DNA of 39,348 nucleotides from Limisphaerales bacterium (GTDB taxonomy: Bacteria; Verrucomicrobiota; Verrucomicrobiia; Limisphaerales; UBA11358): contig JBOHXA010000516.1 of the NCBI GenBank assembly GCA_050737335.1, forward strand, positions 1 to 39,348, given 5' to 3'. This document shows, one piece after another, positions 25,790 through 35,490 of this stretch; position 1 is the first letter of the stretch, and each line of letters begins with the position of its first letter. Position numbers and translations under genes: made by a program. The notes beneath the pieces were generated by a model. The model was given only the letters and a program-made list of their open reading frames with translations. It searched no databases and was not told the origin of the DNA.

Positions 25790-27018
25790 AGAAGATTCTT
25801 TTCATTACAGGACACGAGCTGAACGCGCTGGACTACGGCTCGGTGCTGCGCGCCCGCAATATTGCCCGGATTCTTTCCCGGCACGGCGAGGTCCGTGTTC
25901 TCCTGGGCAGCCGTTACCATGATGTGCTTCAAAAGGCAAAGCCTTCCCAGGCAGGCTTTGAATTGGCGGGGACGGTTCGATTCTGGCCTGACGGGTATTC
26001 GTTGCCTGGCCGCATATGGGCGGCACTGCATGGGGGTTTTTTGGACATGGAAAACTACCAGGCCAGGCTCCAGGACAGGTCGCGCGTGCAGGCCCTGATC
26101 TCTCAACATGACCTGGTATGGGTACACGGCTTGGAAACTGCCAATGCCTTTGGCATCTGGCAATGGCCAAAAAGCGTGCTGGACGTTGACGATATTCCAA
26201 GCAGTGTTTACCGATTGCGCCTGTCTCAGCCCGGTTCCATTCGCGGCAAATATTTTAACTGGAAGCAAATGATATTGTGGCGCCGCAATGAAAAGCGCCT
26301 GCGATGGCGTTTCGACGCGATTTGTGTGTGCAGCGAGCCAGACAGGGAAAAATTGGGCCGCGAAAAAGTGTTCGTACTGCCAAACGCATTCGAACCGCCG
26401 GCAATACCCGCCCCGCGGCATCCGGCGACGCCTCCACAAATTGGATTTGTCGGCACCTTTGTCTATTGGGCCAATTGCGAGGGAGTTCAGTGGTTTATTG
26501 ACAAGGTCTGGCCGCTTATTCTCAACCGATTTCCTCAAGCCCGATTGCGTTTGGCCGGCGAACGGAGTGGAAATTTGTTTAAAGGCCGGAATATCGAGGC
26601 ATTGGGATGGGTCAAAGACATGCAAAACGAGATGGCTAATTGGTCCCTGGCTATCGTGCCGGTACTTGCCGGGGGCGGCACACGAATCAAGATTCTCGAG
26701 GCGTTTAGCCGAAAATGCCCGGTCGTTTCGACATCCGTCGGCTGCTTCGGTCACGATGTCGAAAATGAGCGTGAACTGATGGTGGCCGACACGCCGGAAG
26801 ATTTCGCAACGAGGTGCGTGCGCCTCCTGGAGAATCCGTCCGAGGCGGCGCGATTGGCCGACAATGGGTGGATTCAATTTTCAAAGACCGCGACCTGGGA
26901 ATCACAATCCGGCCGCGTCGCGGAAATTGTCGCGAACGTTTGCGGCTCCCAGTCGCATCCGAACGACACGGACGCGGCGCCAACATGGAAACTCATACCC
27001 AAAACGATCTCAACATGA
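25786..27018 (+). CDS. GT4-family glycosyltransferase
   Basis: MKKILFITGHEL at the N terminus. The C-terminal region is VPVLAGGGTRIKILEAFSRKCPVVSTSVGCFGHDV. ATGA overlap with the upstream stop. The 453-aa antisense ORF is a shadow. Confidence 0.8.
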   Translation: MKKILFITGHELNALDYGSVLRARNIARILSRHGEVRVLLGSRYHDVLQKAKPSQAGFELAGTVRFWPDGYSLPGRIWAALHGGFLDMENYQARLQDRSRVQALISQHDLVWVHGLETANAFGIWQWPKSVLDVDDIPSSVYRLRLSQPGSIRGKYFNWKQMILWRRNEKRLRWRFDAICVCSEPDREKLGREKVFVLPNAFEPPAIPAPRHPATPPQIGFVGTFVYWANCEGVQWFIDKVWPLILNRFPQARLRLAGERSGNLFKGRNIEALGWVKDMQNEMANWSLAIVPVLAGGGTRIKILEAFSRKCPVVSTSVGCFGHDVENERELMVADTPEDFATRCVRLLENPSEAARLADNGWIQFSKTATWESQSGRVAEIVANVCGSQSHPNDTDAAPTWKLIPKTIST

Positions 27019-28013
27019 TTGTGACTGCCATTCCAACACCGACCGCTCCGCATTCATCCGGCTCCGCTCCCGTTGTTTCGGTGGTAATTCCGGCGTACAA
27101 CCGCGCTCATTGTATTACCGCGACAGTAGAAAGCGCATTGGCGCAGACGTTCAAGGACCTGGAAATTATCGCGGTTGACGATGGCTCGTCGGACGGCACC
27201 AGTTCGGTCCTGGCACAATTTGGCAGCCGTATTCGGCTGATCCAGCAGGACAATCGCGGCGTCAGTTCGGCCCGCAATACCGGAGTGCGGGCTGCCCGCG
27301 GAAAATGGATCGCCTTTTTGGACTCGGACGATCATTGGCACCCGAAGAAACTGGAGCGGCAAATCGCGGCCTTGCAAAAGTTCAACGGCAAAATTTGTTT
27401 CACGCGATGCATCAACCAACAGGGCGAGATATTGCGCGACATTGACTTTCTGCCGGCGAGGCCTCAGGAGCCGCAGGTCCTTTACGTTCAAGACGCTGTG
27501 GATTCGGTATGCCTCTCGCCACGCCATCCCCTGGTGCAAACAATGGTTGCCGAGAGGACGTTCCTGGAAATGGCCGGTTTGTTTGACGAATCCTTTCATG
27601 CGGCGGAAGACGCGGAGTTAATTTTCCGGCTGTCCTTTTTCTCAGGTTTCCTTTATGTGGACCAGCCGCTGGTCACGATTTTTGAGGGCACGGACAATAG
27701 CCTGACGTTTTCAAACAACCTGGATTTCCAGGCACGTCGAACCCAATCTTATTTACGCCTTATGGCTGAAATGTATTGGAGGCTTGCCGACACATCGCCT
27801 GAAAAGGTTTCAGTCATGCGCCAGCGCCTGGGTTATTTTATCTCGCGCCGTGCGGAAATAGCGTGCGCCGCCGGGCAATCGGCGGTGGCCCGGACGCTGG
27901 CACAGGATGGAATTCGTCTGGCCAGGAGTATCCGCGACTTCGCGAGGTGCGCCGGGGTTTTGATTTGGCCCGGGCTAATCCGCAGCCGGGCGCGAAAGAA
28001 ATGGGTTTGCTAG
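27015..28013 (+). CDS. GT2-family glycosyltransferase
   Basis: VSVVIPAYNRAHCI, IAVDDGSSDGT and FLDSDD motifs. The start is either the ATG at 27015 (ATGA overlap with the upstream stop, chosen) or the ATG at 26985. Confidence 0.75.
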   Translation: MIVTAIPTPTAPHSSGSAPVVSVVIPAYNRAHCITATVESALAQTFKDLEIIAVDDGSSDGTSSVLAQFGSRIRLIQQDNRGVSSARNTGVRAARGKWIAFLDSDDHWHPKKLERQIAALQKFNGKICFTRCINQQGEILRDIDFLPARPQEPQVLYVQDAVDSVCLSPRHPLVQTMVAERTFLEMAGLFDESFHAAEDAELIFRLSFFSGFLYVDQPLVTIFEGTDNSLTFSNNLDFQARRTQSYLRLMAEMYWRLADTSPEKVSVMRQRLGYFISRRAEIACAAGQSAVARTLAQDGIRLARSIRDFARCAGVLIWPGLIRSRARKKWVC

Positions 28014-28082
28014 ACTTGTTAGGTTAGTTCCTGATCGTTTCTTCCCGAAAAGTCGAATGAACCATTGCACTTAGAGGAATTT

Positions 28083-29054
28083 ATGGTATTGGTCGTAGGG
28101 GCAGGAACGTATATTGGCCGGATTTTTTGCGCTGAATTGCGCCGGCGGGGCCATGATTACCTGCTGCCGCGAGACCGGGATTATTTTCATTTTCATTCAT
28201 TATTCGACTGTATTCGAAAGACAAAGCCTCAATTTCTTATAAATGCCGCCAGTCATGTCGGCGCAAACATGGAAGCATGCCCTCTCGCCCGCGAAGAAGT
28301 GTTGCGAACCAACACGATCCTGCCGCGGTTCATTTCGCAGGTTTGTCTCATGACCAATACGCCGTGGGGTCACGTTTCCTCGTGCGGAATCTTTTCAGGC
28401 GCAAAGATCGTCGTTGCCACGGGCGTGTTCGTCGAGAAAAGGTTGAGACGCATGGAACTGTTGAAAATGTTGTGCGAATGCCCCGGGAAATTGCGGGGGT
28501 TCACCGAATCCGATGAGCCGAACTTTTCATTCCGGGCCGCTCCCTGCAATTTTTTGAGCGGCACCGCCGCGCTGGCCGAGGAGGCCGTCCGCGGCATCGG
28601 ACGCAATTACGTCTGGCGGCTGGGGCGGCCCTTTAACGAACGAGATGAGCCGGAAAACCTTTTGCATCAGTTGCAGAGGTCTGACAAAATTTTCGACGGC
28701 GTCAATCCCGCGTCACACACGGACGATTTTGCGCGGGCCTGCATTGATCTTTGGGAACGAAATGCGCCGTATGGGATCTACAACGTTACGAATCCGGGCG
28801 TAGTGACAACGCGGCAAACGGTGGAAATGATTCAGAGGGTTCTCAAGCCCGGGCGCTACTTCGACTTTTTGCAGGACGATACTAAATACCACAGCCAGGG
28901 AAACGGTGTGCCGGTTGCCGATTGCATCCTGGACGCGTCCAAATTGCTCGCCACGGGGGTATCCATGCGCCCGCTGCCTGAAGCTCTCGAGGACGCTCTA
29001 AAGAGCTGGCGGAGAGAAAGTTTTCACGACGAATGGAACCGAGCCGCCGCATAA
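28083..29054 (+). CDS. Extended-SDR / RmlD-like sugar-nucleotide reductase/epimerase homologue, possibly catalytically degenerate
   Basis: Rossmann motif VLVVGAGTYIGRIF, plus FLINAAS and YNVTNPG. The expected YxxxK region reads NFLSGTAALAEE by my manual alignment. Confidence 0.55.
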   Translation: MVLVVGAGTYIGRIFCAELRRRGHDYLLPRDRDYFHFHSLFDCIRKTKPQFLINAASHVGANMEACPLAREEVLRTNTILPRFISQVCLMTNTPWGHVSSCGIFSGAKIVVATGVFVEKRLRRMELLKMLCECPGKLRGFTESDEPNFSFRAAPCNFLSGTAALAEEAVRGIGRNYVWRLGRPFNERDEPENLLHQLQRSDKIFDGVNPASHTDDFARACIDLWERNAPYGIYNVTNPGVVTTRQTVEMIQRVLKPGRYFDFLQDDTKYHSQGNGVPVADCILDASKLLATGVSMRPLPEALEDALKSWRRESFHDEWNRAAA

Positions 29055-29055
29055 G

Positions 29056-30369
29056 ATGAAATTCAAAACAACGACGGCTTTCCCGCCCCTTAAAAGGTAT
29101 TTCCTGCCGCCGCTCCTGGGTTTTTTTATTCTGAGCGCGAGAGCCAGGGGACAACAGGAAACGGTTCAGCCGCTTGCTCCGCCGGTCGAGTCCACCTCGC
29201 AACTAGCCATGACCAACAGCTTCCAATTGTTTCCAATCCACGCAGTCCCTGCGCCGCCGCAACCCTATGAACCTTTTCAATGGGACCGGTTCATTGTGCG
29301 CCCGCACATGGATTACCAATTCACCAAGGCTTACCATCTCCTTGCCGCGCCGAGCAACCAGGTAGATACAACGATCCAAAGGGTTTCTCCGGGTTTATTA
29401 TTTGATCTCGGCCCGCATTGGGCACTGGACTATACCCTTTCCCTTGCCTGGTATTCCAACACCAATTTCGGCACAGAGGTTGACCATTCTATCACCTTAA
29501 CGGGCCAAACAGTGTATGGGGACTGGAACCTGGGATTTTTACAATCTGTCCTTTTGACCCGCTCCCCGCTCATTGAATTCGGCGGTCAAACCTACCAGGA
29601 CTATTTTAACACTTCGGTCACGGGCCACCATGAGGATAATCAATATGTCTCCGAGGACCTTGACCTTAACCAAAACATTCAGATTTTTCCCGGCGGCGGT
29701 TTCGAAGACATGAGCTCCTGGTCCACGGTGGACTGGTTAAATTATCAGCCACAGTCCCATTTCAATATCGGCATAAGCCCCGGCCTGGGGTATAATGACG
29801 CCGTTTACGGTCCCGACTCCGCGTTCGAGCAGGCCCAGACACGGGTGAATTGGCGACTGACGGACATCCTAAGCGTCCAATTGTCCGCCGGCGTTGTTGA
29901 AACCGAATTTCTTGGCAGCGAAGGCAACGGCAATTTGTTCAGCCCCATTTACAGCGGCACCCTTGATTTTAAACCGTTTTCTCAAACCGAAATCTCTGTT
30001 TTTGCAAGCCGTTATTCGTCACCCTCGATGCTGGTGGATGAATACGCCGAGGGATCAACCGTCGGATGCTCGATCGGTCAGCGGTTACTTGGACAATTCT
30101 ACGTTGGCGCCCAGGCCTCTTACAGCGACCAAAAGTATATTGGCACCGCTATCGCCGTCATCCCGATTAGTCCGACGGTGGACGTGATTGAACGCCTCAA
30201 CGAAGGTCGCCAGGACAAATATTACACTTTTTCCGCCCGCCTGGGCCATTCGTTCCTCCAACGTGGCAATATTTCCGTCTTTTACCAATACAGCGGCGAC
30301 AGTTCCTCGGTAAGTGGATACAGCTTTGCCGGCAACCAATTTGGCGGAGAAGTCAGTTATAGCTTTTGA
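29056..30369 (+). CDS. Outer-membrane beta-barrel protein (PEP-CTERM-locus associated porin-like)
   Basis: Signal-like N terminus. Alternating hydrophobic/polar strands rich in Y/G/S/N/Q. The C terminus GGEVSYSF ends in Phe, as in OMP beta-signals. Confidence 0.65.
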   Translation: MKFKTTTAFPPLKRYFLPPLLGFFILSARARGQQETVQPLAPPVESTSQLAMTNSFQLFPIHAVPAPPQPYEPFQWDRFIVRPHMDYQFTKAYHLLAAPSNQVDTTIQRVSPGLLFDLGPHWALDYTLSLAWYSNTNFGTEVDHSITLTGQTVYGDWNLGFLQSVLLTRSPLIEFGGQTYQDYFNTSVTGHHEDNQYVSEDLDLNQNIQIFPGGGFEDMSSWSTVDWLNYQPQSHFNIGISPGLGYNDAVYGPDSAFEQAQTRVNWRLTDILSVQLSAGVVETEFLGSEGNGNLFSPIYSGTLDFKPFSQTEISVFASRYSSPSMLVDEYAEGSTVGCSIGQRLLGQFYVGAQASYSDQKYIGTAIAVIPISPTVDVIERLNEGRQDKYYTFSARLGHSFLQRGNISVFYQYSGDSSSVSGYSFAGNQFGGEVSYSF

Positions 30370-30376
30370 AAAATCC

Positions 30377-31333
30377 ATGTCGGTCAAAGAGATCAAGTTG
30401 GAGTCAGAAAAGAGCAGCCTCGTTTTGAAAGCTGAGCGCTCTTGCGAGAGGATTAATAAATCGCGGCTAAGTTTCTTTTTTCTGGCCGCGGCCCTGCTCA
30501 CGCTCGTATTTTCCGGGCCGCTCTATCATCTGCTGCAACTGGCGACCCGCGATGATTTATATACGGATATACCGTTGGTGCCAATGCTGACTTTGTACCT
30601 CATCTGGCTGCGCCGCCAAAGGATGCCCCGTTCTTTTCGACCCGCGAGCCTTCCGGGTGCGTTGCTTTCCCTGGCCGGCCTGTTGCTACTGGCAGTGTGG
30701 TGGATTGCTTCCCATCAAACTTCACAGGCGTTGGAAAATGATCTGGCCGCAAATATTCTTGCGTTCCTGCTGTTGTTGACTGGCATTTGCTTCGTTTTCC
30801 TTGGTAAAGCCTTTATGCGCGTGTATGCCTGTCCAATAGCGCTGCTGGCTTTCACCATTCCATTTCCCACGGTTTTGCGCCAGTGGATCGAGACACTATT
30901 GCAGCACGGTTCGGCCACATTTGCCACTCTATTCTTTCACATTGCAGGCGCTCCAGTCACACGCGAGGGACTGAATTTCCGATTGTCGGACATGGTCATA
31001 CAAGTGGCGCCCGAGTGCAGCGGCATCCATTCGACAGTCGTATTGGTTATCGTCAGCATCGTGGGCGGCTGGCTGTTTCTGCGTTCCAAGTGGAAGCGGA
31101 CAACACTGGTGCTGGCCGCAATACTTCTGGGGTTTATTCGAAACGGGTTCAGGATCTTCGTCATCGCCGAGCTTTGCATGTCCGACGGCCCGCAAATGAT
31201 TAACTCCCCAATCCATCGGCACGGTGGGCCGCTCTTCTTTGCCTTGTCACTGATCCCCTTCTTTTTCCTGTTGCTTTATCTCCGAAAGACAGAGGGACCA
31301 AACCGTGAACCGTCAACCAGACAATCGTTATGA
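30377..31333 (+). CDS. Exosortase (EpsH/XrtA-like transpeptidase)
   Basis: Polytopic membrane protein with the three exosortase signature regions: VAPECSGIHS (Cys), IRNGFRIF (Arg) and IHRHGGPLFF (His). ATGA overlap with prsT. Subtype not assignable by eye. Confidence 0.85.
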   Translation: MSVKEIKLESEKSSLVLKAERSCERINKSRLSFFFLAAALLTLVFSGPLYHLLQLATRDDLYTDIPLVPMLTLYLIWLRRQRMPRSFRPASLPGALLSLAGLLLLAVWWIASHQTSQALENDLAANILAFLLLLTGICFVFLGKAFMRVYACPIALLAFTIPFPTVLRQWIETLLQHGSATFATLFFHIAGAPVTREGLNFRLSDMVIQVAPECSGIHSTVVLVIVSIVGGWLFLRSKWKRTTLVLAAILLGFIRNGFRIFVIAELCMSDGPQMINSPIHRHGGPLFFALSLIPFFFLLLYLRKTEGPNREPSTRQSL

Positions 31334-34300
31334 AAAAGCACCAAATTTTTCCAGTTCTCGTCGCCGCTTGCCTTGGCGGTCTCGCCCTCGCGGGATGCTC
31401 GCAACGGGCAAAAACCCATTACAGTCTTCAACGCGCCAATGCCATGTTTGAGTCCGGACAATTTGACCGGGCCGAAAGCGAATACCTCAACGTTTTGCGG
31501 GCCGATCCCCGGAACGCTCAAGCCATTGGCCGCCTGGGCCTTATCTATTATAATGAGGGCCGCTTCCAAAAGGCGGCGCCGTACCTTTACAAAGGAAGCG
31601 AAATGTCATCCAGCAATCTCGAACTGCGGGTCAAGCTGGGCATTATCTGCCTTGCAATCGGAGACCGCAAGGAGGCCCATGACCAGGCCGCATTTGTCCT
31701 CAAAAACAACCCGGCCAACAGCGAGGCGCCGGTGCTGTTGGCGCAATCGGCCGCGCAGGGTCAATTCGCCAGCCTGAAACAACAATTCAATGGCCTCATC
31801 GCCCAGGGTGACAGCGCCCCATTGGAAACGGCATTGGGCATTTTGGCGTCCCGGCAGGACCATGTGAAGGACGCGTTAGAGAAATTCCAGCGCGCGCTCA
31901 ACCTCAAATCGCAATTTGCACCAGCCTACGACGCCCTTGCCAACACTTATTTGCAGATCCACCAGGTGAAAAAGGCGGCGGATGCGTTCAAGGCCGCGTC
32001 CGAATGCGCGTCCATAACCTCCCCATTGCAAACGGAGTACGGCCAGTTCGAAATTCAAACCGGCAATTCCAGAGTCGCCGAAGGATTTTTCAATGCTCTC
32101 ACGCAAAAAGTTCCCGATTATATGCCCGCCTGGCTTGGCCTGGCCGAAGTCGCGCTCGATGAAAGGAAATTTGACGATTCGGCAGCGGCATTGAAAAGAG
32201 TCCTCGACAGTGATCCGCAAAATGCGGATGCCTTGGTGCTTAAAGCAAGACTTGAGCTGGCGCAGGGCCACACGGACGATGCCATCGCTGAACTGGAACA
32301 TCTCGTCAAAACCTTTCCCAGGGCGCCCCACATGCACTATCAACTGGCTCTTGCCTATATTATGGGAGAAAAAACAGACAAGGCTATTAACCAATTGCAT
32401 GAAACCCTTGACCTGAACCCTGATTTTGCCCAGCCGGCTATCCTCCTCGCCCAACTTGACGTTCAAAGAGGGGACGTGGAATCGGCCCTCGCTTTACTTA
32501 AGCCATTAGTTGCGCGCCACCCCGATATGATTGACGCCAAACTGCTGCTGGCAGACGTTTATCGGCTTCAAAAGGATTTCAATGACGCGCTCGCCATTTA
32601 TCAGCAGCTCGAAAGAACATATCCCAAAGATCCGAAGATCCCGCTCCTGGCCGGTTCCGCCTGCGTTCAGCAATTGAAAGAGGACGCGGCCCGCGTCCAA
32701 TTTAACCGCGCTTTGCAAGTGGATCCGGGGAATGTCAGCGCCCAGGAGGAATTAGCGCAATTGGACATGGTTGACAAAAATTTCGATGCGGCGGAGCAAC
32801 GGGTACAAAACCTGATTGCGAAAAATCCGGGCCAGGCGCCGTTGCAGATTCTTTTGGCGAAGATTTTTCTCGACCGCGGCCAGACCAATCGGGCTGAAGA
32901 GGCCTTGTCAAAAGCCGCCACCCTTCCCGACGGGCTGCAGGCAAATTTTATCCTCGCACAGCTATATTTTAATGTCAAACAGGACAAAGACGCCCTCGAC
33001 ACCCTTAACGTCGCCATCACAAAGGAACCGCGCAATCCCTCGCTGCTCATGTTAGCCGCGGAGATTCAAAGTGACCAAAGGGATTACGTCAACGCCGCGG
33101 CCACTTATGAGAAATTGCTCGCAGTGAGTCCGCAGTATAGCCCGGCGCTCAACAATCTTGCGTGGCTCTATTCGGACCATCTTGGCGACCTGGCCAAGGC
33201 CTACGCTCTGGCCCAACGGGCCCGGCAACTGCTTCCGAACGATCCTTCGACCGCCGATACCCTCGGATGGATTCTCTTTAAACGTGGCGACTATACGTCC
33301 GCTCTAAGTCTGTTTCAACAAAGCGCCGGCGGGTTGCCGGGCAATCCCGAAGTGCAGTTTCATCTTGGTCTCACATATTACATGCTGGACAACGAGGATT
33401 CCGCGCGCCAGCAGCTTCAAAATGCGCTTTCGCTCACAGCCCCGTTCGCCGACCGAATTGGATGCCAGAAGTATTTGAACATTCTCAATATTGACCCGAC
33501 AGGCGCGGATAGCGCGGCCCGTGAAATCCTCGAAAAGCAATTTTCCGAACAGCCGGCGGACCCAATTGCCTTTAGCCGCCTCGAGGCGATTTATCGGCGC
33601 GACAACAACGCAGCCAAAGCGGCTGAACTGTGCCACACTGCCCTGAAGGCAAATCCGAAGAATGCCAAAGCCATGGTCCTTCTCGCGCAACTGTGTGAAA
33701 CCCAGGACCGTCAGAAAGCATTGGAATTGGCAAAATCCGCGTATCAACTCTCGCCCAACGATGCCGACGTTTGCTCCACGCTGGGGCGCCTGGCGTTTCT
33801 TACGGGTGACGATCAGTGGGCGTTTACCCTTCTTGACGAAGCGTCCCAAGACCAGCCCACAAATGGGCAAACGCTTTTTGATCTGGCAAATGCCGCCTTC
33901 TGCCTCGGAAAAGTGTCCGAAGCGCAAACTGACATGCAAAACGCGATGCAATCGGGGCTTTCCCGGGTTCAGGCCGTTCGAGCCAAAAATTTCCTGGACA
34001 TGATCACAATGGGCAAAAATCCCCGGCAAGCTGGCGCAAGCCATGCAGATATCCAAAGTATCGTGGCTTCCGAGCCGGACGATGCTGCCGCGCTGTATGC
34101 GCAGGCCGTGGCCGATAGTGAAAACAATGATGCCGCGGGCGCAGAAGGCGCCTACGAAAAATTACTCGCGCGCCATCCAAATTGTTCCATCGCCTGCAAG
34201 AATCTCGCTATTCTGTATGCGCAAACCCTGGCGGATCCCGCCAAGGCCTATCCGGTGGCCCTGAAGGCTCGAGAGGCATTCCCTGATGATCCCCGGGTCG

Positions 34301-34539
34301 CGCGCGCTCTGGCAATGGTTCTCTTCCGCAAAGGTGATTATGACGGCGCCGCGAACCTGTTCAACAGCGTTTCCAATTCTCCAGGAGCGGATGCCCGGCT
34401 GTTTTATTGCCTGGGAATTTGCGAGTACCATTTGAAAAATTTTCTTGAGACCAAAACGTCGCTCGAGCGGGCATTGAATTTGAACCTTTCAGGCCAGGAA
34501 GCCGCCGATGCGCGCCAAACCCTGTCGGAGTTGCATTGA
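31330..34539 (+). CDS. prsT: PEP-CTERM-system TPR-repeat lipoprotein (PrsT-like)
   Basis: Lipobox LALAGC after MKKHQIFPVLVAACLGG, then about 1000 aa of TPR-like repeats (recurrent A..Y...L..dP.n..A...LA). Confidence 0.8.
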   Translation: MKKHQIFPVLVAACLGGLALAGCSQRAKTHYSLQRANAMFESGQFDRAESEYLNVLRADPRNAQAIGRLGLIYYNEGRFQKAAPYLYKGSEMSSSNLELRVKLGIICLAIGDRKEAHDQAAFVLKNNPANSEAPVLLAQSAAQGQFASLKQQFNGLIAQGDSAPLETALGILASRQDHVKDALEKFQRALNLKSQFAPAYDALANTYLQIHQVKKAADAFKAASECASITSPLQTEYGQFEIQTGNSRVAEGFFNALTQKVPDYMPAWLGLAEVALDERKFDDSAAALKRVLDSDPQNADALVLKARLELAQGHTDDAIAELEHLVKTFPRAPHMHYQLALAYIMGEKTDKAINQLHETLDLNPDFAQPAILLAQLDVQRGDVESALALLKPLVARHPDMIDAKLLLADVYRLQKDFNDALAIYQQLERTYPKDPKIPLLAGSACVQQLKEDAARVQFNRALQVDPGNVSAQEELAQLDMVDKNFDAAEQRVQNLIAKNPGQAPLQILLAKIFLDRGQTNRAEEALSKAATLPDGLQANFILAQLYFNVKQDKDALDTLNVAITKEPRNPSLLMLAAEIQSDQRDYVNAAATYEKLLAVSPQYSPALNNLAWLYSDHLGDLAKAYALAQRARQLLPNDPSTADTLGWILFKRGDYTSALSLFQQSAGGLPGNPEVQFHLGLTYYMLDNEDSARQQLQNALSLTAPFADRIGCQKYLNILNIDPTGADSAAREILEKQFSEQPADPIAFSRLEAIYRRDNNAAKAAELCHTALKANPKNAKAMVLLAQLCETQDRQKALELAKSAYQLSPNDADVCSTLGRLAFLTGDDQWAFTLLDEASQDQPTNGQTLFDLANAAFCLGKVSEAQTDMQNAMQSGLSRVQAVRAKNFLDMITMGKNPRQAGASHADIQSIVASEPDDAAALYAQAVADSENNDAAGAEGAYEKLLARHPNCSIACKNLAILYAQTLADPAKAYPVALKAREAFPDDPRVARALAMVLFRKGDYDGAANLFNSVSNSPGADARLFYCLGICEYHLKNFLETKTSLERALNLNLSGQEAADARQTLSELH

Positions 34540-34716
34540 CCACGCGCCAGAGGCCCGCAAATGACGCATTTAGCACTAAAATTGTCGGCCATTTTTACAT
34601 AATGGAAACCGGACCTTTCGCTTGGAAATACATAGCAATTGTTATCTATTTAGAAACGCGTCGGAAAAACTTACGGTTTGATCCTTCCTTGGCCGCCAAT
34701 TCCCGCACGAAATCGC

Positions 34717-34732
34717 TGGCACTGCCGATGCT
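34717..34732 (+). promoter_or_regulatory. Candidate sigma54 (-24/-12) promoter for the PEP-CTERM gene
   Basis: TGGCAC-tgccg-ATGCT versus the consensus TGGCAC-N5-TTGCW, with GG and GC correctly spaced. It lies 55 nt upstream of the ATG at 34788. A sigma54-dependent activator gene (prsR-like) lies downstream. Confidence 0.6.
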
Positions 34733-34787
34733 ATGAAGAAAAACTGACGATTGCAAAATACAAGGAGTTAAAAAGGAAAGCAAAAAT

Positions 34788-35402
34788 ATGAAAAGGAAAT
34801 GGTTAGTAATTGTGGCGGCCGTAGCGGCCGTCTGTGGGGTGGCGGGGATTGCCCAAGCCGTCCCGATCTCGGGCAATATCACATTCGTTGGCGGGGTTGG
34901 ACTGAACAGTTCTTCCGCGGCAACGGCCACGGAGGTAACAGCCTGGACCGGCTTCGGCGGATCCGGCAGTCCATATGTGGAGAGCGCGGACGGAAGTTTT
35001 GCCGGAATTAAGCCCGGCACCGCGGCGACCTTCTCGTCTCCATGGTTCTTCGACTCGGCTGGAGTGGCTGACCTCTGGAGCGTTGGCGGCTATACGTTTG
35101 ACCTGACTTCGTCGAAGGTTGCCTATCAGGGCACAACCCTCGAAGACGGAGTGCCCATCGGGAGCGCCGTCGTGGAGGGCATCGGCGCGATTAGCGGCAA
35201 TGGTGAAACTCCCGAGGCAATGACCTGGAGCTTCTCGATCAATGATCCAGGAGCCGCGGGCGCGAGCGGGCTCGTCTTCTCATTCCAGGTCGCGGATGGA
35301 ACGGTGAGCACGTCGGCTGTCCCGGATGGCGGCACCACCGCCATGATGCTCGGTCTGGGCATCCTTGGACTCGGTCTCATCAAGAAGCAGATGTTCGCCT
35401 GA
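34788..35402 (+). CDS. PEP-CTERM sorting-domain protein (VPDGG variant)
   Basis: Signal peptide MKRKWLVIVAAVAAVCGVAGIAQA. The C terminus VPDGGTTAMMLGLGILGLGLIKKQMFA gives motif + TM helix + basic residues. Confidence 0.85.
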   Translation: MKRKWLVIVAAVAAVCGVAGIAQAVPISGNITFVGGVGLNSSSAATATEVTAWTGFGGSGSPYVESADGSFAGIKPGTAATFSSPWFFDSAGVADLWSVGGYTFDLTSSKVAYQGTTLEDGVPIGSAVVEGIGAISGNGETPEAMTWSFSINDPGAAGASGLVFSFQVADGTVSTSAVPDGGTTAMMLGLGILGLGLIKKQMFA

Positions 35403-35423
35403 GCGAACCGACATCGGTAACGG

Positions 35424-35466
35424 AATTTTTGGGCGGATTTACTCCGCCCAAAAATTGTCTCTTTTT
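35424..35466 (+). terminator. Rho-independent terminator-like hairpin after the PEP-CTERM gene
   Basis: Perfect 14-bp stem AATTTTTGGGCGGA / TCCGCCCAAAAATT with loop TTTAC, followed by GTCTCTTTTT. The A/T-flanked GC core would also work bidirectionally. Confidence 0.6.
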
Positions 35467-35490
35467 CCCGGCCCCACATTCCCCCCACGC

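Noticed and set aside
25516-26877. 453-aa ORF on the minus strand, the longest antisense ORF in the window
   Set aside because: It lies entirely opposite two + strand glycosyltransferase genes with clear GT2/GT4 motifs. Its translation is Arg/Pro/Ala-rich with no recognisable motif, which is typical of a shadow ORF in GC-rich coding DNA.
33304-34056. 250-aa minus-strand ORF inside prsT (similar cases at 16898-17575 and 23760-24404)
   Set aside because: All three are antisense to strongly supported + strand genes (TPR lipoprotein, asnB, wzt) and have no motifs, so they are shadow ORFs.
34536-34736. 66-aa ORF (TTG start) filling the prsT to PEP-CTERM spacer
   Set aside because: It overlaps the prsT stop, is AT-rich with no motif, and runs through the candidate promoter. 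The region is more plausibly regulatory DNA.
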